Assembly (NCBI GenBank): GCA_002269645.1
Contig: NIVC01002267.1
Coordinates: 1 to 64,000, forward strand
DNA from: Macrostomum lignano
Lineage: Eukaryota
DNA length: 64,000 nucleotides
Direction of reading: 5' to 3'
Part shown: positions 55,601 through 64,000 of the stretch, piece by piece
Numbering within the stretch: position 1 is the first letter of the stretch
Layout of the letters: each line of letters starts with the position of its first letter
Made by a program: the position numbers and the translations under genes
Notes under the pieces: generated by a model
Database searches by the model: none
What the model saw: only the letters and a program-made list of their open reading frames with translations
What the model was told of the DNA's origin: nothing

Positions 55601-58600
55601 GCCGAATTGGGGGTCAGTAGGGTGCCGAATTGGGGGTCAGTAGGGTGCCGAATTGGGGGTCAGTAGGGTGCCGAATTGAGGGTCAGTAGGGTGCCGAATT
55701 GGGGGTCAGTAGGGGTTAGGGTGACAATTCGCCACCCTCAAGGGTGCCGAATTGAGGGTCAGTAGGGTGCCGAATTGGGGGTCAGTAGGGTGCCGAATTG
55801 AGGGTCAGTAGGGTGCCGAATTGAGGGTCAGTAGGGTGCCGAATTGAGGGTCAGTAGGGTGCCGAATTGGGGGTCAGTAGGGTGCCGAATTGAGGGTCAG
55901 TAGGGTGCCGAATGGAGGGTCAGTAGGGTGCCGAATTGAGGGTAAGTAGGGTGCCGAATTGGGGGTCAGTAGGGTGCCGAATTGGGGGTCAGTAGGGTGC
56001 CGAATTGGGGGTCAGTAGGGTGCCGAATTGGGGGTCAGTAGGGTGCCGAATTGGGGGTCAGTAGGGTGCCGAATTGAGGGTCAGTAGGGTGCCGAATTGG
56101 GGGTCAGTAGGGTGCCGAATCGGGGGTCAGTAGGGTGCCGAATTGAGGGTCAGTAGGGTGCCGAATTGGGGGTCAGTAGGGTGCCGAATTGGGGGTCAGT
56201 AGGGTGCCGAATTGGGGGTCAGTAGGGTGCCGAATCGGGGGTCAGTAGGGTGCCGAATTGAGGGTCAGTAGGGTGCCGAATTGGGGATCAGTAGGGTGCC
56301 GAATCGGGGGTCAGTAGGGTGCCGAATTGGGGGTCAGTAGGGTGCCGAATTGGGGGTCTGTAGGGTGCCGAATCGGGGGTCAGTAGGGTGCCGAATTGAG
56401 GGTCAGTGGGGTGCCGAATTGGGGGTCAGTAGGGTGCCGAATCGGGGGTCAGTAGGGTGCCGAATTGGGGGTCAGTAGGGTGCCGAATTGGGGTCAGTAG
56501 GGTGCCGAATTGGGGGTCTGTAGGGTGCCGAATCGGGGGTCAGTAGGGTGCCGAATCGGGGGTCAGTAGGGTGCCGAATTGGGGGTAAAGTAGAATAGCT
56601 AGGGGTAACAAGTAAGATGTCAGCAGGGTGCCAGCTTAGCGTTATAAAACTCAGCTGATCCCAATTCACAATGCTAAGCTTCAATCCCAATCCCCCCTCC
56701 CAGATTGACGCAGCTGCGCGGAAGCAGAAGCGCGAGAAAGCCCGCCTACTGGAGGACATCGAGGAGGCGGAGCGAGCCGCCAGGGCGAGGCAACGGCGAG
56801 GCGGCCGACGGGACGGCGGGGGAGGTCAGCAGCCCAATGTGCAGTTTTTCGCGGTGCCGGTTCCCTTTGAAGTGGTGAGTTGATTTTCTCGGGAATTTTG
56901 CACTAAATGGGCAGGGAATTTCTCACTAGATAAGCGGGGATTTTTTCATTAGATGAGGAGGGAATTTCTCACTAGATGAGCGGGGAATTTCTCACTAGAT
57001 GAGTGGGGAATTCCTCACTAGATGAGCAGGGAATTTTTTACTAAATGGGCAGGGAATTTCTCACTAGATGGGCGGGGAATTTCTCACTAGACGAACGGGG
57101 AATTTCTCAATATACCGGTACGAACGGGGAATTTCTCACTATACTCTCACGGTACGAACGGGGAATTTCTCACTATACTCTCACGGTACGAACTGGGAAT
57201 TTCTTACTAGACGAACGGTGAATTTCTCACTGCAGTATAATTTGAAAAAATTCACATGGTTCTGGACAGAAACACAAAAACTTTACTGTACAACAGAAAA
57301 TTTACTTTAGAATAACCAGTAGTCAGTAAATACGATCTTAATTTGCTTACAAAAGTTTTAAATTTAACATTTATTGCAGCGCTTACCCACGAGATTCAAT
57401 TAGATAGGAAGGTTAATACAAGCATGTACAATATGTACTCGCCTATACAGACTCGCCTATCAGCATACATGTAATTTGCTTGTCTTTTAACTAATTCACC
57501 TCTTACATATCAAATACAATTTATAAGAATATGTACGCTATCACTTCGCGTGGTCAGCTAAAGTAAAATGGACGCTTCCACTTGATTTTCTTAGAAACCG
57601 GAAGGGAACGTAGACCCCTTAGAAACCGGAAGGGAACGTGGACCTCTTAGAAACCGGAAGGGAACGTGGACCTCTTAGAAACCGGAAGGGAACGTGGACC
57701 TCTTAGAAACCGGAAGGGAACGTGGACCTCTTAGAAACCGGAAGGGAACGTAGACCCCTTAGAAACCGGAAGGGAACGTAGACCCCTTAGAAACCAGAAG
57801 GGAACGTAGACCCCTTAGAAACCGGAAGGGAACGTAGACCCCTTAGAAACCAGAAGGGAACGTAGACCCCTTAGAAACCGGAAGGGAACGTAGACCCCTT
57901 AGAAACCAGAAGGGAACGTAGACCCCTTAGAAACCAGAAGGGAACGTAGACCCCTTAGAAACCGGAAGGGAACGTAGACCCCTTAGAAACCAGAAGGGAA
58001 CGTAGACCCCTTAGAAACCGGAAGGGAACGTAGACCCCTTAGAAACCAGAAGGGAACGTAGACCCCTTAGAAACCAGAAGGGAACGTAGACCCCTTAGAA
58101 ACCGGAAGGGAACGTAGACCCCTTAGAAACCGGAAGGGAACGTAGACCCCTTAGAAACCGGAAGGGAACGTAGACCCCTTAGAAACCGGAAGGGAACGTA
58201 GACCCCTTAGAAACCAGAAGGGAACGTAGACCCCTTAGAAACCGGAAGGGAACGTAGACCTCTTAATTAGAAACCGGAAGGGAACGTAGACCTCTTAGAA
58301 ACCGGAGGTCTTGTGAAGGCAGGTGTCTTTCGGTGTTATGAAATTTCGGTCTTATCAAAGCGACCCCTCGGAAAAATTTGTGTCCTTGAGAAAGACACTT
58401 AACTCTGTATTGCTTTAGTTCACCCAGCTGTAAAATGGGTACCGGCATTATACTGGGGTAATTGGGGGTGTGTGGTGACCCCCCCCCCCCACAGTCCTTG
58501 GGGTACAGCCGCACGCAGCCTTCAGATGATCCGTCGGTTACCCATTTGCCCTATTAGGGCAGGTGTAATAATAAATTATGATAGGTTATTATTGTCGAAA

Positions 58601-59582
58601 TAAAGAAAAAGACACGAGAACACTAGAGTGGAAAGTTTTCACATGCTTTGCAAGCTCAGAAACAATCAATTAGAAGTTCCTTGTGGATACAGTAGTCAGC
58701 TCAGCCATGTGGCGTCCAGTTTCGTGAAATCGCAGCAGTGATTACGCTTGTTAATTTTTTGGCGATCAAAAATTGATGTGATTGTCGCTTTCTGGAGAGC
58801 GCGCACGAGTGCCATAGACATTTAAGCACTCAAAACCAAGTATTGAGTAGTATTGTAACACGATATTTATTTCTCATGCATTAAATGACTCCAGCCAATA
58901 CGCGATCAGGAGCCATTTAAACACGCTTTTAGCGTGCATTAAATGCTTTTAGCGTTTAATGCACACTTTTACACATTTACATCGTGTTACAATAGTCAGT
59001 GTTACGCTAATAAGTTAGAGACTTTTTACCATAGATAGTGCTTTCAGGCGGGCCTTGAAAAAATCCCTACCAAGTTTAAGTTCCGCGTCTTGAGTTTTTC
59101 AGTAGTAGCTAGTCCTTGTCAAACTCTCAAAGCAAAGTTGTCTATGGCCAAATTCCATCCAGCGCATGCATAGAGTATACTGAATGCTCTAGAGATAGCA
59201 ATACGACAAATACACGTTCCTTTACCGGTCTCCAAAGCTCATTTCTAAGAAAATTGATTGTAGAGTCCTTACTTCATTCAATATTGAGGTCACTTTATTC
59301 AAGAAATTATTACATTCCTGCACGCATATTTGAAGCTTCAAATTCACCTCACTGTCACACTGCTAACGAGAACGAAGTACGAGCGTGTTTTCAAATGTGG
59401 AAGAGGCTGACCGACTGACCCCTTTTGACCCCACAATCCGCCACAATGCAGTTTTGGCGCATCATAAACTACATGTATAGTCCCTAAAAATCAATTAAAA
59501 CACGAATTTTATTTTCCAGAAAGGCAACGACCGTCAAAGGCACAGACCTGCGGAAGAATCCGACGATGACTACTACGATTGA
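52612..59582 (+). CDS. CCDC33: CCDC33-like coiled-coil protein, 3' part; exons ~52612-52691, 53197-53617, 54607-55058, 56704-56874 and a probable last exon 59520-59582
   Basis: EKYRDALRKMGQDILSLR...LEMENSALR, KVHRLQNELI and KQEKVIEKMERLL resemble the CCDC33 coiled-coil region as I recall it. Splice phases 0/1/0/0 are consistent. The first and last listed exons are less certain and I did not identify the upstream exons. Confidence 0.72.
52725..53175. repeat. 30-31 bp minisatellite (AAATGACCAACTCGGAACCACAAACAACCCC), intronic
   Basis: About 14 copies between a GTAAGT donor and a CAG acceptor. Confidence 0.93.
53630..54470. repeat. Two adjacent ~20-bp minisatellites (TGCTCATCCGCTCTCTCCTA, then TCTCCCAAGCTTATCAAATC), intronic
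   Basis: Read directly; the unit switches near 54175. Confidence 0.93.
55255..56585. repeat. 23-bp minisatellite (GGGGGTCAGTAGGGTGCCGAATT), intronic
   Basis: About 57 copies. Confidence 0.97.
56905..57225. repeat. ~23-bp minisatellite (GGGGAATTTCTCACTAGATGAGC)
   Basis: About 12 degenerate copies. Confidence 0.88.
57590..58300. repeat. 28-bp minisatellite (TTAGAAACCGGAAGGGAACGTAGACCCC)
   Basis: About 25 copies. Confidence 0.96.
58370..58566 (+). mobile_element. SINE family A, 5'-truncated copy
   Basis: TGTGTCCTTGAGAAAGACACTTAAC...TTCACCCAGCTGTAAAATGGG...ATTAGGGCAGGTGTA. Confidence 0.83.
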
Positions 59583-60088
59583 TTGATTGATTAATTAACA
59601 AATTATGTTAAACACGATCAATTAATTGAACTTTATGAATAGATTTTGTAATCGTACGTAATGAAAGATGCTCGATGGGCTAACATGTAAATGTACTTGT
59701 GCACATATGTGCACTTGTGATCATACTTATGCACAAATAATCAATTGATGTGCAGAAACTTTTGTGCGTTTATTTTGTGGAATTGCGTAATTGTTTATGA
59801 GATATTCTAAGTTTGCGTCGTGTATTTATTTTTGTTGCTATAGATACAGTACAGAACATACACGTAAGTTGTAACAAGCACACATTACCGTGTTGATGTA
59901 AATTTGGATAAGTAGCTTGCTAACAAATAAATTCGTGCCCTGTTTGCGACTTTTCAATGAATTTTTCTAATTACTATTGCGTCGCTAATAGACAACGTTC
60001 AAAGTCTAACTAGGCTGACACCTGATGCTCGAAACCTTTGAAGGGTCGCAGCTATTAAATAGGCCAGGTGATTCAAGCCACCACAAGT

Positions 60089-60161
60089 GCCTCCATAGCT
60101 CAGTGGTTAGAGCACTGGTCTTGTAAACCAGGGGTCGGGAGTTCGATCCTCCCTGGGGGCT
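60089..60161 (+). tRNA. tRNA-Thr(TGT)
   Basis: 73-nt cloverleaf: acceptor GCCTCCA/TGGGGGC, anticodon stem CTGGT/ACCAG with loop CTTGTAA, T-loop GTTCGAT, followed by a T5 Pol III terminator. Confidence 0.95.
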
Positions 60162-60535
60162 GAACTTTTTAGAATCCAGTGAAAAACTTTTACAAGGCTG
60201 TGTGGTATAAAAAGCAATAATTCTTTAAAATTCACGCAAATTTATTTTTCTGCTGTTTTACTGTTTTAAAATTAAGATTTTCAACAAAGTTACGACAGAC
60301 CCCAGCAAAGTTTACGAACACTAACACTACAAATAGCTTAATACGCATTGCTACTGACAGTAGTTAAAACTATAAAACGAAAAATAAAATAACTGAATAA
60401 CATAAAAGATTTCAATCAATTTATGGAATATTTCGGCTTGAAAAAATTATAAAAAATATATCCAAACTGATTTTAATTACAATAAATTCAAGAATTTAAT
60501 TACCTGAAAAGTAATAAGAAAAAATTAAAAAATGT

Positions 60536-60608
60536 AGCCTCTAGGGAGGACCGAACTCCCGACCCCTGGTTTACCAGACCAGTGCTCTAGCCACTGAGCT
60601 ATAGAGGC
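60536..60608 (-). tRNA. tRNA-Thr(GGT) variant or recent pseudogene
   Basis: Paralog of 60089-60161: acceptor GCCTCTA/TAGAGGC, loop CTGGTAA (anticodon GGT), T-loop GTTCGGT, followed by a T-run terminator. Confidence 0.8.
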
Positions 60609-61810
60609 TCTTAGTAGGACCCGCTCCGTAGACAAACTATATAACAATTAACCTCTTACACTAAAGGGAATTGTAAACGACAATAGACAACAGTCAGTAT
60701 TAACTTGTTTCTTAAATGACAATTTCCTCTTGCCAAGACAGAAATTAGCTTTTTGATAATCCCAAACGAAAAAAATAAAAAACAAATTCGGCAGACAAAC
60801 CCGACTGACTGAAACTCGATTTATTTAAATTATGATTAACTGACAAACCTTTATTTGTCGAGCAATGCAAATTTCTGCGCCACTGATGTTGTGTTGCAGA
60901 CAGAATAATCAATAGGTGTATTTGCTTTTTAAATAAGGAAATAAAAGAATACAATTCTAGATATAGTCAGACCGACAAAAATTAAAGTACTCTTGGTCTT
61001 GGATACTAAAACTAAAGATGAATGATTACGGTATTTATGGGTATTATTTTGTACACCAAACTCCACTTTCCACAATGACATGTAAAAGAGAATCAAAGAG
61101 AATAAAAAACTAATTATTAATTCCTCCATTTCAATTCAAGCCATTAAGTGTAAGGCACGAATTACAATAATTATAATATAAAATAGTGGAAATTGAATGC
61201 TCCTGATCCTGGATATTATTGGCATATTGCAAGTTGAAACAGAATTTAAGGAGATTGCCTTCGAGTCGGAATTCCAACTTTATATTTAATCTGCCGCCTC
61301 GGTTGACTTGGTTTATTTATTCAAATTAGCGATTAAAAAAGAATTGCATTTAAATTTTAATTATTCTCATTTGAATTTAGATTCCATATTGTTTCACAAT
61401 TTATGCTACTGAACAGCAGTAGCAAGAAGCAAAAAATTACGTCTAAATTTGCGACAAAAAATAAAACTTGCTACACTAAGACCACAGCAATGCTTTCTAT
61501 ATCATCATCTAGTGTAGCATAAATTATTTTTGAATAACAAATGTATGATTGCAAGCTTTTTTTGAATATTTCACACAGAGTTAAATCAATTTACAAACGT
61601 TGGCGATTATGTAGTAGGGAGGGATGGCATTGGCAAAACTACATAAAAATATCTGATTAGACAACAGACAAGACAAATATATAGATTAACAAACAGTCTA
61701 ACACTTCAGAATAAATACTACTCCTGCAAAAAAACTTTAGATGAATAATAACTTTGTACATTCTACTCGTAGTAGTGTTCATCAATTAATTGCGCCCAAC
61801 AATATACACA

Positions 61811-63580
61811 CTATTGAACGCGTAGAACATTTCCTGGGCGAGATTTCGAAGCGGTTGATGAAGCAGCGGCAGCGGCGGCCACGGCTGGCATGCCAAGCAG
61901 CTTCACCACCTCATCTGGCAGGCCGCCCCGTTGTCGCAGATCGTACAACTGCTGAAGCATGCCTTCAGCGGTAGACAGCAACTTGTCCAACTCGATATTA
62001 TAAGCCGTATCGTTTACGTGCTTTAAAATTGCCGCAAAATCAAGGCGCGAATGAATTATGAAATTTTTCACCGCCTCCAAAGCGGCGCAGCAACAAATCA
62101 GATGATAATTTGGCGGCGCGGCCCACAGCACCTCCCATAGGCGGTAGATCTCCGTGATGTTAAATTCGCGTTTAAACCAAACTAGAATCCAACGGAAGCA
62201 GAAATACATATTAGCTGCGTCCTGTGGGTAAATAATTCGAGTATTTCATTCACTTTGAAAATAAAAAAATTTTTTTGAAATGCAAATATGATTAGTGCGC
62301 TACTAACAGTAGGCAAAAAAGTTTAATTGATTGAGAAACAAACCAAATAAAAACTGTGGAAAAAAATTATCATTATACCTGCTGGTCAAGGTAGGCGGAC
62401 AGATCCGGCAGCAGCAGGGACACGAGGAGGTTCAGCTGAGACAACTGCAGCTTAGTACCAGCTTGGTCTAAATCGAAATTGCGTTCAACTCTAGTTAAAA
62501 AGCCGGCAAAGCACCAGAATGCGTCCACTTCGCTCTCCATAATGACTAACAATGGCGATAGTAGGTCGGACATTCCCTGAACGTAGCCCAGATCGAAATT
62601 GTACATGTTGTAGGTATTCAGAATGTCTGTGAGCAGTTCCAAACCTTTGCTATTCTCTTCGAAGTATGGCAGATTGCGGTCGGTACGAAATACGTCCTTC
62701 TCAATGAGAGATCGCCGCTCGCGTAATAAGAAGAAGCGACTCTCTTGATCGGCGCTAATCGTCTTCCATTGCTGCTTCATGCGATAGTAGTCTGAGCTGT
62801 AATTTAGAAAAAAATATGGTGTTGTGTAATTTTACGCTTCGCAAAGTTATTTACACAACATATCGGCAACCAGAAAAAACTTGGCACTTAAACTTAGAGA
62901 CTGACTGAGAGAGAATCTCGGACAACCTTTATTGTATGAATGCTTGAAAAAGTAATTTACGCAACATATCGGTTACAAACCTTCTCTTCTTGTAGATCCC
63001 TTCAATCTCCTCAGTAGACGCTTCCCATGGTATATAATCCAGCAGATATTTCCACAGAGTCTTACGCAAAGACATCTGCATTCCACCGCGAAAGATTTTC
63101 TGTTTTAACTCGTCAACACGCAGTACTTGACCATTCGAATCCAGATGGAGCTTGAATTCAGCCTCAGTGACCTCCGGGCCTCGGGCAACCGAATGCAACT
63201 TAGATAAGACAGTCGGCTTGCTAAATACTTCGAAGCCGTCTTCAACTGAGGAGGCCAGAACCATGGGATCAGCAGGCGTATCCAGCTGGCGATAAGTTGG
63301 CATCTGATACGGCTCGTACAGTCTGTGCTGTGAAGAGACGCCGCCATAGGCGTAATCCGAGGCGACTCGAGCGATTTTGCTTAACTCATTCAGCCCAGTA
63401 GTGTACGGATCGCGGACAAATCGAGTCAATAGAGACGGCTTTTTTCGTTGAGGAGCTGTAAAAAAGTTCAGCTCGGTCAGGGACATATGAAGGGCATCCG
63501 GATCGTGCGGCTTCGTTGTAAAGAAATGCGTGGCTGCATCCGCCCTGCGTGAAAGATGCCGATTTTTGTAATAGGTACGA
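61811..63580 (-). CDS. TBC1D15: TBC1D15/TBC1D17-like Rab-GAP, 3' part; exons ~63580-62981 (5' boundary uncertain), 62796-62379, 62221-61811
   Basis: DPYTT, IFRGG...LRKTLWKYLL, IEKDVFRTDR (R finger), YVQGMSDLLSP (Q finger), ESEVDAFWCF and YFCFRWILVWFKREF...RLWEVLW; GT-AG introns in phase. The gene probably continues beyond the window end. Confidence 0.92.
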
Positions 63581-63659
63581 GCGTAGATGATGATGATCGG
63601 TGATGCTTACAGACTACAGACTACAGATTACAGAAATGCATATGCATGATTCTCAATCG

Positions 63660-64000
63660 TCATTCTTGGTAGAGTTTCTTGATGATTCTCGGGGTTTCTA
63701 ATGAATTTGAAGAGTTTCTTGATGATTCTCCGGGGTTTGTAATGATTTTGAAGAGTTTTTTGATGATTCTCTGGTATTTCTAATGATTTTGAAGAGTTTT
63801 TTATGATTCTCCGGGGTTTGTAATGATTTTGAAGAGTTTTTTGATGATTCTCTGGGGTTTCTAATGATTTTGAAGAGTTTCTTGATGATTCTCCGGGGTT
63901 TAAAATGATTTTGAAGAGTTTCTTGATGATTCTCCGGGGTTTAAAATGATTTTGAAGAGTTTCTTGATGATTCTCCGGGGTTTAAAATGATTTTGAAGAG
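63660..64000. repeat. 41-bp minisatellite (GAAGAGTTTCTTGATGATTCTCCGGGGTTTAAAATGATTTT)
   Basis: About 8 copies running off the end of the window. Confidence 0.93.

Noticed and set aside
57590-58300. Regular 28-42 bp arrays that might suggest CRISPR (also 48590-49712)
   Set aside because: No unique spacers, no cas genes, and a eukaryotic intron context.
63455-63486. Acceptor-like TTTTTACAG at 63456 as the start of the TBC1D15 exon
   Set aside because: TBC1D17-like similarity (PHDPDALHMSLTELNFF) continues in frame upstream, so the exon probably starts earlier; the true boundary is unresolved.

Overview
This is eukaryotic (animal) genomic DNA with spliceosomal introns and AT-rich intergenic DNA, and nearly every large intron carries its own minisatellite. 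The gene content and architecture suggest a free-living flatworm such as Macrostomum, but that is an inference I cannot confirm here. Seven co-oriented minus-strand genes lie between 5.8 and 47.2 kb: a glycerol kinase (with a 1-nt frameshift), MTERF3, a small two-finger C2H2 ORF, BBS5 (9 exons, one GC-AG intron), a divergent non-RD AGC-like kinase, a secreted PAN/C-type lectin, and a short or broken DEG/ENaC channel. They are followed by the 3' part of a plus-strand CCDC33-like gene, two convergent tRNA-Thr genes (TGT and an unusual GGT), and the 3' part of a minus-strand TBC1D15/17 gene. Mobile DNA includes a 569-bp Merlin-type element with TIRs and an 8-bp TSD, two tRNA-derived SINE families (four copies each, one CORE-like), a fold-back element, a probable RNase H remnant, and a 272-bp unit repeated inside a long (TATC)n tract. 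Most long ORFs in the supplied track are artefacts of tandem repeats. All exon boundaries were read by eye and family calls rest on recalled motifs, not on database searches.
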